Origin: Asterionella formosa
Taxonomy: Eukaryota
Length of the DNA stretch: 61,292 nucleotides
NCBI GenBank assembly: GCA_002256025.1
Contig: NKIB01013250.1
Span: 1-61,292, forward strand
Reading direction: 5' to 3'
A program made the position numbers and the translations under genes. Position 1 is the stretch's first letter; every line of letters starts with the position of its first letter. Under the pieces are notes generated by a model, which was not told the DNA's origin, made no database searches, and was given only the letters and a program-made list of their open reading frames with translations. This document shows positions 1 to 12,448 of the stretch, piece after piece.

Positions 1-3000
1 CTCGTGATCTATTTCATGCCTTGGGTACACCATCAATTAATGATTTCAAGGCAATAATTCGTATGAATACGATCAACAATAATCCAGTGACTACCGATGA
101 TATCAAAATTGCAGAGAAAATTTTTGGACCTGCCATCGGAACACTAAAAGGCAAGACAACTCGTCGCAAGCCGCTGCCAGTCGTGAACGACTACATCGAG
201 ATTCCTAAGGAGCTTATCCAAGCTCAACGCGAAGTGACTCTTTGCATGGATGGAATGAAAGTCAATGGACAATCATTTCTCACAACAATTTCTCGAAACA
301 TTATGTATAGGACAGCGCAATGGGTCAAGAATCAGACAGCTGAAGTCTATCGAGATGCTTTGATTCAAGTATTCCGTGTTTATAATACCGGAGGATTTAA
401 AATTACAACAATCCACTGTGACAACGAGTTTCGACCTTTGATGGAACAAATTTCCAATGAATTTCAAGTCACTATGAACTACGCAAACCCACAAGAACAT
501 GTTCCCGAAGCGGAGCGAAATAATCGAGTGATTAAAGAATGCGTGCGCGCAGCTTATCATCGATTACCTTTCAAACATTTGCCACGACTGATGATTAAGA
601 TTCTAGTGACAGAATCTGCAAGGAAACTGAATTTCTTTCCGGCAAAGAACGGGATATCCCCATATTACAGTCCTTGTATGATTTTACATCAACGAAACCT
701 GGACTATGCTCGACATTGCCAGTATACATTTGGCACTTATGTCCAAGCACATGAAGAACCTGTGTTTTCAAACACTAATGCACCTCGCAGCCTAGATTGC
801 ATTTATCTACGCTACAATGACAACGTGCAAGGAGGTCATGAATTGTTACACCTACCTACAAATTCATTGATCACTAGACGAACAATTACTCCTCTACCAC
901 TTACCCCAGCAATCATGAATCAAGTACACGCCCTTGCTGTGCAGGAAAATATGACAGATGGTCTCAAGAAATCAAATCGAACGGGACAACTATTTTATGA
1001 TAGTGCTTGGATTGCAGGAGTGGACTATGATAATGAAGCATTTGAAGATGCACAAGATGACGATTATGAAGATCAAGACGCTAGTGATGAAGAAAGCAAT
1101 GATGAAATTCTCAGAGAAGAAGACTATGATGAAATGACTCCAGATGAAATATATGAAGCAGAACAGCTTGAATTAAATTACAATACTCAAGAGGATGACC
1201 CTGAACCTGACGAGGGCAACAATGAGAATAATATTGAAATGAATGCAGATGAAATCCAAGATAAGGATGAAGAGCCAGCAAATGAGACTGAAAATGAAGA
1301 GGCAATGTTAGAAGTCAATCCAAGCACTGAGGATGACACAGACCCAAATGTTAGAACTACAAGGTCTGGAAGAGTCTCAAGACCACCGTCAAAACTAACC
1401 ATGGTCCAAAATCATTTGCATACCCAAGCACACTGTCAAGAAGAATACACGACTGATAAAGCGAAAGTGATCGCAATGATAATGTGTTATATGAATGAGA
1501 TGTGTATCGATAAAGAAGCATTTCACTTTGTTCAGTCATACAGCTTAAGAAAAGGCCTCAAGAAATTTGGCCCGAAAGGAAGAGACGCTACATATAAAGA
1601 AATGAAACAACTACATTATAGAGTTGTATTTGAACCGATTAGGATTGAAGACCTAACTGATATCAAAAAGCGACGTGCAATGGAAAGTCTAATTTTTTTT
1701 GGTTGAAAAGAGAGACAAGAGCATTAAAGGCAGAGCATGTGCCAATGGCAGTTCGCAACGTGAATACATGGAAAGAGATGAAGCAGCTAGTCCAACTACC
1801 ATGACTGAATCTGTTATGATAACAGCAACAATTGATGCGACGCAAAATCGCGATGTTATGACTGTGGATATACCCAATGCATTTGTGCAAGTGGATATCG
1901 ATGAGAAAGAAAAAGGGGAACGAATCATTATGAAGATTAGAGGTTTACTTGTCAATATGTTGACAGAACTCAGCCCCGAGACTTATGAAAAATATGTTGT
2001 TTATGAAGGGAACAACAAGGTCCTATATGTTAGGATGATCAGGGCATTATATGGCATGTTACAGTCATCATTATCATATTACAAGAAATTTCGGAAAGAT
2101 ATTGAGTCAATTGGATTCAAGGTCAATCCATATGATCCATGCGTTGCAAATCGCATTGTTAATGGCAAACAGCACACAGTTACTTGGCATGGAGACGATT
2201 TGAAATCAAGTCACGTGGACAGGAAAGTGAATGATCAATTTTTGGAATGGCTCAAAAAGAAATACGCTTCTGACGAAATTGGTGAAGTCAAGGTCATGCG
2301 TGGCAGCCAAGAAGCATGATTATTTGTCGATGACACTAGATTAGTCTCATCCAGGAGTGTTAAGGGTGGACATGACCAAATATGTGAAGTCAATGATTGA
2401 TGATTTTCCAGTGAAACTTGAAAGTATTGGAAAATTCCCATCGACAGATAAATTGTTCACAGTTGATACAAAATCAAAGAAGCTTGAATATGAAAAAGCA
2501 AAAATGTTTCATACTTTTGTTATGAAAGGAATGTTCCTATGTAAGCCAGGAAGACAGTACATTCAACCAGGAATTGCATTTCTGGCAACCCGAACTACCA
2601 AACCAAATGAAGGCGATTGGGCAAAATTAGTCAAGATCATGAATTTCTTGAAAGCAACTCAGAACGAGGTTGCATCTATGAGTGCTGATGACACTCAGAG
2701 CATTAAATGGTACGTTGATGCGGCGTCTGCAGTACACAAAGATTTTAAAAGTCACACTGGAGCTACATTGTCACTTGGAAACGGAATGTTTTGTTCAATG
2801 TCTACAAAACAGAAAGTGAACACGAGAAGTTCGACTGAAGCAGAATTGGTTGGTGTCGATGACATTATATCAAAGGTGTTGTGGACGAAATTATTTATTG
2901 AAGCACAAGGACACAAGGTGACTACAAATGTCATTTATCGTGACAACACTAGCGCAATGAAGCTAGAAGCAAATGGAAAAGCAAGTTCATGAAAACGCAC

Positions 3001-3166
3001 GCAACATTTCAACATCAAGTATTTTTATATTACTCATCTTATTGAAAGAAAGGAAGTACAAATTAAGTACTGTCCAACGGATGCAATGATTGCAGACTAC
3101 ATGACGAAACCACTGGTTGGAACGAAATTTATTCATTTTTGTCAGAAAATTATGAATTCAAAGTGA
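1..3166 (+). mobile_element. Ty1/copia LTR retrotransposon, degenerate pol (integrase-RT-RNase H); 5' part lies outside the window
   Basis: Copia domain order: integrase (HCDNEF...AERNNR), RT (KGRACANGS, DIPNAF, LYGMLQS, WHGDD), RNase H (YVDA, TEAE, RDN, ADYMTKPL). Frameshifts near the T8 run at 1693-1700 and near 2310; premature TGA at 2990. Purine tract CAGGAG then TG at ~3187 marks the likely start of a 3' LTR whose end I could not fix. Confidence 0.93.
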
Positions 3167-3853
3167 GCATCCGAGTCCAGCAGGAGTGTGATTATTTTAG
3201 GAAAGAAAATCCCGGTATAAATTACCTAATACATATTGAATCGAATGAATCAAGAAAGAATATGGTACCAGAGAATTCGAAAACAATCTACGCCAACAGT
3301 AAAACCCATAATTCTATTAAAACTCTTAGGAACAATTACAATCGATTACGGAGACATCGTTGTTCATATCTACCGCCTATTTGGTCCCTGACGTGTCCTT
3401 ACAGGATACAAGAAAGCATAGAGTGCTTCGGGACGCAATTTCAACAGAAATCTGCACCGCCAGCACCAAGAAACCTCCGCTATCAAGCTGTTGCTCCTCC
3501 AACACCTCCGCAACCACAAGTCCAAATCAATCTAGAAACCAGCACTGCCTCTTAATCCATTCAGGCATCAGTTTCTGCTCCTCCAGGCCCGACTTGAAAA
3601 ATTTGAAATTTCGTTGAAACAACAAAAAAGTGTGAGTTGACAAATGTTAATGAATATACGCTGACAAAATTTCACACGATTTTTTCGCTCACCCATTTTC
3701 TTTTTCACTTTTTATTCTACTCCCTGCTTTTCATTTTCACGTCTTACCTTTCAATTTCCGTTTCATACTTTGGTTGCTTAACAACATCGTGTCGAATTTT
3801 CGATGCTTGTTACAATCATTCTTGTGTGACTATTTTTCATGCATATACTGGTA

Positions 3854-6800
3854 CCAGTAAAAAACTGCCATGACCCATTGAGAATATTTTTGAACTGCCG
3901 TGACCCATTGAACGCAGAATAACACGTTTTGCTGTCAAAACTTTAGTAAATGTAAGTTCTGATAGTTCTGGCTCCTTCTCGAGCATGTAGGCTAGTCAGC
4001 TATGTATTTTGTTTGAGATTTGGAGTCAATTGTTCATCTCAATAGATTGCCGGAAATAGTGAATTGACCAAAAAAACATAGAGAACACGGATAAGGGTAA
4101 GTTTGGAGTTCTCATTGTCATATAATATACAACGATATATACAAATATTTCGACATTGATTTAATTAGTGTCTGAACGTTAACCACATTTATCGCAATAA
4201 AGATTTTGTTTTGGTATTGAATTGTACAGAGATGGCAAATGATATGGGCGCGCCTATACCTGATTGAGGATTTTGATATATACGTATCTGTCAGTCCACA
4301 AAACCTGAAAAACAGTAAACAGCTATCACGCAAACCAGCACCACCATGCCGAAGTTAAGAAAAAGTCGATCTTCCAGCATCAAGAAGGAGACAGAAGCAC
4401 TTCATTATGCTCAGGTCGTTATTCAACGCATTATGCTTGGCATTGTTACAGAACTTGAAGCAATCAAGGCGAACAATTATGGAAAGCTCCCATACGGAGC
4501 CATCACCAACATGGTGAAGGCTCAGAAGGTATACTTGCCTTGGTTTACCAAAAAAAAGTCGACTACTGGTTACGAAAGGCAGGTGCTAGTGCTGTCCCCA
4601 ACATGGGTATACTATCAGGAGATTCTCAGGCAGATATGCGCTCATTTTACTATTCAAGTAGTAGAACATCTACTTTGACAAGAGAAGAGGATGACAACAT
4701 GACAAGAGAAGATGATAATATCAATGCTATTAATAGTATTGAATTATTTTCTACAACTATGACTACTGCTGCAGTTAGTGTTCCTGCAGTCATTGACCCC
4801 ATGACCACCATACTTACTGGAGGCTGGCCAAAGGGAACCACTCAAATGGCATCAGCATCGATGCAAAGAAATATCGAAGAATGCATTGTCCAGTTGGCCA
4901 CAGAATACATGAGGGTTAGAGAAGAACTGCAGCATAAGAACAAGAAAGCAAGTAGATTCACACTTGCCTTCATAATTGGGGGGAGAAAAGAGGCGCTTGG
5001 TATTCCTCCTGGAGTTGAAATAAATATAGAAACAGTGAGATCTCAGGCAAAACGCAAAAAAACCAGGGAAAAAACGAAGCTTCAACGTCACCAATGCTCG
5101 AAGTTGAGCCATACATTATTGTGCTGATTGAACAACTCTCCAAAATGCGAGTCCCAATTACATGTCGGCAGGGACTGGAACTTGCTAACTCACTTGTGTC
5201 TGGTAAATCCATCATGAATATTATTGTGCTGTGGAGGCAGAAACATTGCATTTCATTCAGAGAGAATCCAACATTGTCTAAACCACTGGGATCAGGGTAC
5301 TGGAGGGGATATTTCGCAATTGGCTTCATGTCAAGGCAAAGAAAGGTGTCAAATTCGATGGGAAGCGTGGTGACTGGTGCACATTAAGGAACTTTGAGCA
5401 GATGTATAGAGATGTGTATGCAGAAATGGCCAAGATGGGTATTGCGGAAAAGCTAGATGAAGAAGTGTGGTTGAATAAATCAGGAGATGTTGTTGCAAAT
5501 GAGGAAGGAGCCCTGGGAATGAAAACAAAGTACATTTTGAAGCATCCCGACAAACTCATATTTGTTGAGGATGTCGGAAGTAACACCAGTCAGGCAAAAG
5601 ATGGACAGAAGGGGGGTGAGAAAGTGTTATGTATTGGAACAGCAGCAAGACCACAACAACGAAGTGCTATGAAGGATGCGCATTTTACAGTCTTGGGATT
5701 TACAGCTGCCGAAGGAACTCCAGTGATGTGTGCTATAATATTCGCTGCCAAAGAGCTTGAACTTAGTTGGGTACAGGGGCTTAACCCATTTGTGGAATGG
5801 CATGGCAATGAGGACGACTTCAACCTAAACACTGGCAAAGGAAAGCGATATCCCCAGGGACCTGTGTGTGTGTGAAATGGAAGGCATGTGCCCACTTTCT
5901 GTAGTTGTTCGGAATCAGGAAGCATTACTGCAGAACTGTTAGTGAGAATGTTGGCCCAAATGGATTCTTTGGAATTGTTTGACCGCAGTGATGGAATAAA
6001 CCCTTTCCTCATCCTAGATGGACATGGCTCCAGATTCAATTGCTCCTTTCTCGAATATATCAACAGCCCTTTGACCCCATGGAGTGTGTGTATAGGTGTC
6101 CCTTTTGGAACCTCCTACTGGCAAGTCGGAGATTCGTCGGAGCAGAATGGACGTTTCAAAATGGAACTGACAGTTGCAAAGCGAGACCTACTTACCAAAC
6201 AGACTGAACATGATTTGCCTTTTGCTATTGAGAAATCTGACATTGTTGCCCTTGTTTCAACTGCCTGGGAAAAAAGCTTTGCAAATAAAAGAACAAACAG
6301 AAAAGCAGTCTCAGAATGAGGATGGGGGCCTCTCAACTATAACCTTCTGCTCACTGCGGAAATACAGAATACAAGCACTCAACTCAATTCATCACTTGCT
6401 GGAACCACAACCAACTCGAATGTAACTCCTGAAATGCTGACTCTGACAGACGAATATTCTGGGTCATTGACAGAAAAAATTGTTGCCTTTCGCAAGAGAG
6501 AAGATGCAAGGAATGGAATAGATGCTGATGATCATGCAAGGAAATAAAAGGAAACAGCACAGGCTGCAATAGATCAACACAAAAGGATTACTGCTGGACT
6601 ACACTTTGCTGCTGGTAACTGTCGACTTGGTCCAGAACTTTGGTATCATGCAAAAGAAGTTATGAAAATACAACAGCTTGCACAAGACAAAAAGGAAAAG
6701 CGAGCAAATATTCGATTTCAAAAAGTGGTGGACAAGGTTGATGCTGTGAGAGCAACTGGAAAGCTGATTGAATCATACAATGTGACTGAACTCAGAACTC

Positions 6801-7384
6801 TTGTAATTTGGTATAAACGTGAGGGTGATGCACTAGTACCAAATACAAGGCAACAGCTGCTTCAAAGGTACATCGACACTTGCCATCGAGGGGAGCAGAT
6901 TCCACGAAATGCACTTGCTGCAGCACAGCTTCCTGATCCTCAGCATGCTGCTGAAGATGCAGGTGATGCTGTGGCCAATGGCATCGCAATGATCTGACCA
7001 TTGGACTTGAAAGTTGGAGGAGCATCATGACGGTGGAAGGTGTGGCATCTTGAATATATGTTTTTAGTAAAAAGGTATAATGAAATAAAAGTGCGTTAAC
7101 ACATGACCTAATCCGTCCTCGAAAATGTATATAAATTTATATACATTTATTAAGAAAAAAGTATATGCTGCCATGACCCATTGAAATCACTTCTTAGCTG
7201 TTTTATTATCATCGTATCTTCTGATGTAATTGTTCAATTAGAATTTCAACACGACAGCTTGATTGATCGATGCTGTTCTTACACTATCGAACAGATGGGT
7301 CCGAAATTCGATAGAATTTACCTTTAGTCGGAGAAGTCAAACAAACACCCTAACTCAATGGGTCATGGAAGTTTTTTTTACTGG
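3854..7384 (+). mobile_element. pogo-like (Tc1/mariner superfamily) DNA transposon with TIRs and TA TSD
   Basis: TIR CCAGTAAAAAACTGCCATGACCCATTGAG (3854-3882) matches the reverse complement of 7354-7384; TA on both sides; subterminal CTGCCRTGACCCATTGA copies at ~3895 and ~7168. The ends could be 6 nt further out (3848/7390). Confidence 0.9.
4346..6997 (+). pseudogene. DDE_1/pogo-type transposase, frameshifted
   Basis: Overlapping ORF pieces with IFVEDVG, LILDGHGSR and WQVGD motifs (37 aa between the 2nd and 3rd Asp). Frameshifts at A-runs and TGA stops (5873, 6317). Confidence 0.88.
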
Positions 7385-7786
7385 TACCAGTATATTCTGT
7401 GGTCCATGCATTTTTGATGTGTCTAAACTTTTTCCCATGAAAATTCTACTCCTGACGTTGTTCGATGGTCCCTGCTGCTCAAACCTAAACTTGGACTGCC
7501 GAAAAATCCAATGTGCCCCATATTGCCCCTAAATAAAAAAAATACTTAAAGAAACCAAAATTTACTTAGACACCCACAGTTCTCATCGAAAAGCAAGACG
7601 ATAGCTAGGGTGAGGATTGCTTCTACATTACGAGCGCTTTGTCATAAAAATATTTCCAGATTTTCATGTCCCTGCATGTACATAAATAGAAAATTTAACT
7701 CTCCCAGGTTCAAGTTGGGATATTCTTTCTTTCCTACACAATTATTAAAAACCTACATTTATGTTTGTATCAGGGCCATTAAACCT

Positions 7787-10700
7787 CTAAAAGGGAAAGG
7801 TTCCTGGTGGAAAATACTTCTTGCGCCAACGACTGCGTCTCAACGAACTTGTGTGGTCTGGATGAACCCGCGTGAGGCGCTCGCCAATTTTCAGCTTAAC
7901 ATTCAGAAGGGTACCACATTCTGGTGGCTCCTCCCAAGTTGATTCATCATCATTCTCTGTATACATACTCTGACTATATGAATTCCCTTCGTCATCATCA
8001 CTGCGAGTAACAGTGTCATCACCACGAGTGTTCCGAGTGCATTGAGAGTATGATTCAGATCCAGAGTCAAAAGATGAGTCGGAGAAACTACTGGAGGGGC
8101 TTTCGTGGTTTTTAGAAGTGTTCCGTGTTTGCCATGTTGTGTACCACTCCTCGACCCACTCACCAGCATCTGGGAGATTCTCTGTCGGCATTTCCATTGA
8201 TTTTGGGCGGGCAACTGGAAGTTTCACACGATCATTGCCACGAGTCCGATTCAAGTCGCCAAACCAATTTCTGCTGAATGATATGCTCTTCTCGTGAAGA
8301 AAGTTTTGGAGTACTTCACGATCTTCCCAGGGTTCGTCATCAAGGTCATGCCATTCCGAGTTGACCATTGCAGCATTGTACAGCGAGAACACGTGGACAT
8401 TGAAATAGCCTTGATGATTCTGGGTTCTGTCCTTGTACGTTGATTGCCATTGTTGTCTGATGGGAATTGCTCGCTCCCTAACCTCGCGCCTTTTGAAGAT
8501 GGTCGATGCAGCAGCCACTCCACTGATCCTGCATCTTTCATCAAGGTCCATCAAAAGGTTGATAGGACGAGAATCTTTTTCATGGTATTCGAGACACCAT
8601 CGCTTCTCCCACGGATTCCGCCATTTAGAGGCATGCCTGCGAGACAATAGAGTCGCACGATCCCCTGGAGAAAGAAAGCCACTGAACATATTTAACATGA
8701 GATCAGATGGTGAAGCCAACTGAAAACCATTGTAGGCAACCAACGCCTGATTCTCGTTGGTGTCACATTTGCCGTTTTCTGATTCTTTCATTGCATCTCG
8801 CCGCTTGTTGCCCTTGATAGAAACAATGCTGCCAGCACTGATATCTGTGACCATCTTTTTCCGAGCTGACCTGGCCATTTCAATTGCTGCAGTTATTTCC
8901 TCCATGCTCTTCTCCTTTGGATTCTTTTTATGTAGTGAAAATTCCGATTCCTTGACGCTGAGGCTGAGGCTGTTGTCCAGCTCAAGACTGAAGGTAGAAT
9001 CAATAGTTTTGAGGTAGCGACCATCTTCGTTGCCTGATTCCACGGCAACGACAACGGCCTGATCCACTGTTGTCTTAATATTTCTTGATTTTAAAGTCTT
9101 TTTCCCCTCCTCTTCTGTCCACCAGTCCCCTTCTTCTGGTTCACGCTCCAGGCATATATTAACAAATCCATGTTGTGCGTCGATTTCGACGCCGACTTCC
9201 TCAGCCACTTTTTCTGTGCCCTTTGGTACTTCGCCATTTTCATTGAAGTGACCACCCTCTTTTAAAGCCTCCATTCGTGATAAAAAGGCAGTGATGTTAT
9301 CATTTTCATCGATATCCTCAATTTGTTCAAATTTCATGTCGTTGAGAACCTTGACAGCAACATCTTCACTATCTACTGACGAGCAACCGGAGAGCGTCGA
9401 AGCAACTCTTTGTAAATATTCTGTTTCGTCCAGAAGTCCATCAATGACTTTAGCAGAGATTCCAACACGTGTCGCTGCAATGCGCAACTCAGCTTCTTGC
9501 ACCAATGAAAGCTGAGTAAGTTGCAGCAACGGACTGGCATGCTTAATGAACTCATTTAGCTTCGTAATTTCCTCAGTAGAAGCGCCTTCTGGAGGTGTCA
9601 GCTTGGAGAAGAAATCGTCGATGATAGCCTGTTTTGCGCCATGGACGTTATGTTCCTTTGACGTGTCCAAATCTTTTGGGAAGAAGCCCTCAACTATTTC
9701 ATGCACAACATTTTCAGGCAAGCCACTTTGCCTCATGCTGCTCACAAAGCTAGCTCGCTGCTCCTCTAGTGTTCCGCTTCTACTACGCTCCATTGCTTTC
9801 TTAATGTAATAATTGATTCGGTCACTGTCTTCTTCGTAGTCCGGACACCCTGATTGATCTAACTTGGACAGAAATTTCTTGATATTCTCGTCTTGATCGA
9901 TTGACTCCATGGTGCTGTAGCTTTTCAGAGTAATTTGGTCCGGGCTTGCTGGTAAACTGTGCTTGTTGAGTGAAAGAGAACCCTGAAGAAATGCTGCAAC
10001 TAGATCACCCTCGTCTTCGTCAAGTGAATTATCCGGAATCTCGATATCTTTCAAGGTGGGATGCCTTGGCTTATTGCCTTCAGCCAGTTCTTTCTTGATC
10101 TTGGCAATAGTTGCAACACCAATGTCATCGTCATTAAGAAGAGATTTATGTTCAAGGAGCCCATCGTTTCGCTTGGTATTGTTCTCAAACGATTGCAGTG
10201 CACGAAGCTGCTCCAATTCGTCAACTTCGGGCTGCTCTATCTCCACTGTCTTGTCAATATCTGGTTCTGTTTCCCATGGAGTTTCGTCGTTAGATTCAAT
10301 AGAATGGTCTCCCACTAGAAAATGCTCAATATGCTCGCCAGCGAGTCGACTTTGAGGGCGTTCGTGTGACTCTTGGAGCGAACTGATCTTGATTTCGTGA
10401 ATTGAGTCAAAAAATAACGTCTCTGCTTCATCAGAATCAGAGGATGCCTGAATAAATGAGTCATGGTGAAGTAGATCGGATGCGGACATATTCGCTTTCT
10501 CGGAGGAAACCATTGGGCTTTGTTCTTCTGCCAAGCTCGATGTCACTGTCTCCACGACAAGGGTTTCTACACACTGGTGGGTTTTGTCCTCATCGACACT
10601 CGATAGCTTTTCTGGGGCATATCCCAAACGCATGACTTCATCAACATCACTACCGCATTCACCCAAAGCCTTTTGCGCAGTCGCGATGAATGTATTGAGT

Positions 10701-12448
10701 TCGTCGTCAGTCTCTGGGATCACAGATTCATAATCATCAAGATACATCAAACTATCATCATCACTGCTCGAGACATTAAGGGTGCTTTCTTGCAGTGACA
10801 TCACATTGCTACTCTGCGGAGAACGCAGACACTCAGTTTGAAGTGCAAGAAAGTTGCTTCCTGGAGAATGTGCGGTGGATATTGGAGTATTGCTCTTTTT
10901 CTGCAATGCGTCAATGAATGCTCCAATGCCAGCCCTGGTAGACATAGGAATGCTATCTTCGTCTGAATCGCTGTCAGCTTCAGGCAATTGAGGTACCAAA
11001 TGTTGAGTTGTCGCGAGCTTATAATCAACAAACGAAGAATCTCCAGACGAATCTGAAGGAACCTGAGCCGGTTTTGATGTTGTAACACACGATTTGGACT
11101 TTGGTTTGGCAATGGCGTCAATGATGTGCCCAATCTCTTCGATAGTTTCAGAATTGACCAGAAACGAGTCAGTGGATGAATCAGAAGGTACCTGCGAAAT
11201 TGCAGTTGGAGTAGGCACAGAAACGGCAGACTCAGCCTTGGGTTTGGCAATGGCATCAATGAATTTCCCAATTTCATCCATTTTCTCGGGGCTGATAGGA
11301 GCTAGGGTATCGACCTTCGGCATGGAAATGGCGTCGATAAAGTTCCCAATCACTTCGATGGTTTCCGGGTTCAGTGGCAACGAGTCGTCCGACGAACCCG
11401 ACGTCGCTCGCTGGAACTCTGGCCTTTCACTCTTAGGTGAAGTGTCGCTGTCTTGTTTAGGGAGTCTTTCAATGAATTGAATACTAGCTTTCGAATTTTC
11501 TTGATCAACAGAAGACTCATCACCTTCCACAACTCCACCATTTTGTTTATGCAGGGCATCAATGAAGCGACTGACGTCGGCCAAAGTCTCTGGATCGACA
11601 TAACACTCATCACTGTCCACAGAATGTAGGACAGAATTCCGAACTGGGACGTTGTCCATAGGCATATCTCCGGATGCTATTTTGCGTGTTGGGGTTCGAG
11701 GATTCCCCATCTGAGCGGCTGCAAAGCGACTCCGACCGCGCGAGACGTCTCCGTGACCGATAAATCCATTTGGGCTACCACTTGTCTTGCTGCGAGGTGT
11801 GTTCTCTTGATCAACCAGCGGCTCGTCCCCAGAACGTGGAGACAAAGTCAATGGTGGTAGATTCTGTGTTATGGCTGCCGCTCGGGACGCAAAGTTGCTG
11901 GCAATGAATAATCTATTTGGAGATTGCAAATTTGTACTGTTGTTGTCAGTGGTTTGGGTTAGGGGTGAAGTATTGCTTCCAGCCTGTGCGGTCTTCGTCG
12001 AAGACTCCATAATTATTCTAGGTGACCCCGCTTGCTGTGACGACTGCACTAGTGGCTTTGGGGTCAGTGGAGATCGAGATGGGGATTTACCTCGAGAAAT
12101 GGCACCGATTGGAACGCCAGCACTAGCGGTGAAGGAGGATGCTGTCGTTTGAGGAGCAACTGGAATTGAGACCCCGGAAACGATGGATCCTGTTGGACTT
12201 GCTGCTTTTTTCATGGAAGACCTCTTCACTGCTGCTTGTCGTGCACGCACCAATGCAATAGCCGCCGATACCCTCTCACGAGAAGGCGGAGTCTTCTTCT
12301 GCAGCAACGTTTGTATCGTGGCAGTCCTATGGGAGGCGGCATCCAATGGGGAGGGTGATGGCATGAGGTTCGACGCTGATGCTGCATGGACAGTGTTATT
12401 TGGACTCTTCACAACAGTAGGCAGCTCCCTTCTGGAAACTGCCGGCAT
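7787..12448 (-). CDS. Large (1553 aa) Ser/acidic low-complexity protein of unknown function with a Trp-rich C-terminal domain
   Basis: Uninterrupted 4.7-kb ORF, first ATG at 12448 (MPAVSRR); internal FIDA(I/L) repeats; no transposon motifs. Confidence 0.85.
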   Translation of the reverse strand: MPAVSRRELPTVVKSPNNTVHAASASNLMPSPSPLDAASHRTATIQTLLQKKTPPSRERVSAAIALVRARQAAVKRSSMKKAASPTGSIVSGVSIPVAPQTTASSFTASAGVPIGAISRGKSPSRSPLTPKPLVQSSQQAGSPRIIMESSTKTAQAGSNTSPLTQTTDNNSTNLQSPNRLFIASNFASRAAAITQNLPPLTLSPRSGDEPLVDQENTPRSKTSGSPNGFIGHGDVSRGRSRFAAAQMGNPRTPTRKIASGDMPMDNVPVRNSVLHSVDSDECYVDPETLADVSRFIDALHKQNGGVVEGDESSVDQENSKASIQFIERLPKQDSDTSPKSERPEFQRATSGSSDDSLPLNPETIEVIGNFIDAISMPKVDTLAPISPEKMDEIGKFIDAIAKPKAESAVSVPTPTAISQVPSDSSTDSFLVNSETIEEIGHIIDAIAKPKSKSCVTTSKPAQVPSDSSGDSSFVDYKLATTQHLVPQLPEADSDSDEDSIPMSTRAGIGAFIDALQKKSNTPISTAHSPGSNFLALQTECLRSPQSSNVMSLQESTLNVSSSDDDSLMYLDDYESVIPETDDELNTFIATAQKALGECGSDVDEVMRLGYAPEKLSSVDEDKTHQCVETLVVETVTSSLAEEQSPMVSSEKANMSASDLLHHDSFIQASSDSDEAETLFFDSIHEIKISSLQESHERPQSRLAGEHIEHFLVGDHSIESNDETPWETEPDIDKTVEIEQPEVDELEQLRALQSFENNTKRNDGLLEHKSLLNDDDIGVATIAKIKKELAEGNKPRHPTLKDIEIPDNSLDEDEGDLVAAFLQGSLSLNKHSLPASPDQITLKSYSTMESIDQDENIKKFLSKLDQSGCPDYEEDSDRINYYIKKAMERSRSGTLEEQRASFVSSMRQSGLPENVVHEIVEGFFPKDLDTSKEHNVHGAKQAIIDDFFSKLTPPEGASTEEITKLNEFIKHASPLLQLTQLSLVQEAELRIAATRVGISAKVIDGLLDETEYLQRVASTLSGCSSVDSEDVAVKVLNDMKFEQIEDIDENDNITAFLSRMEALKEGGHFNENGEVPKGTEKVAEEVGVEIDAQHGFVNICLEREPEEGDWWTEEEGKKTLKSRNIKTTVDQAVVVAVESGNEDGRYLKTIDSTFSLELDNSLSLSVKESEFSLHKKNPKEKSMEEITAAIEMARSARKKMVTDISAGSIVSIKGNKRRDAMKESENGKCDTNENQALVAYNGFQLASPSDLMLNMFSGFLSPGDRATLLSRRHASKWRNPWEKRWCLEYHEKDSRPINLLMDLDERCRISGVAAASTIFKRREVRERAIPIRQQWQSTYKDRTQNHQGYFNVHVFSLYNAAMVNSEWHDLDDEPWEDREVLQNFLHEKSISFSRNWFGDLNRTRGNDRVKLPVARPKSMEMPTENLPDAGEWVEEWYTTWQTRNTSKNHESPSSSFSDSSFDSGSESYSQCTRNTRGDDTVTRSDDDEGNSYSQSMYTENDDESTWEEPPECGTLLNVKLKIGERLTRVHPDHTSSLRRSRWRKKYFPPGTFPF

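Noticed and set aside
3139..3617. ORFs after copia pol as an env-like gene
   Set aside because: They overlap the probable 3' LTR and show no TM segment or recognisable motif.
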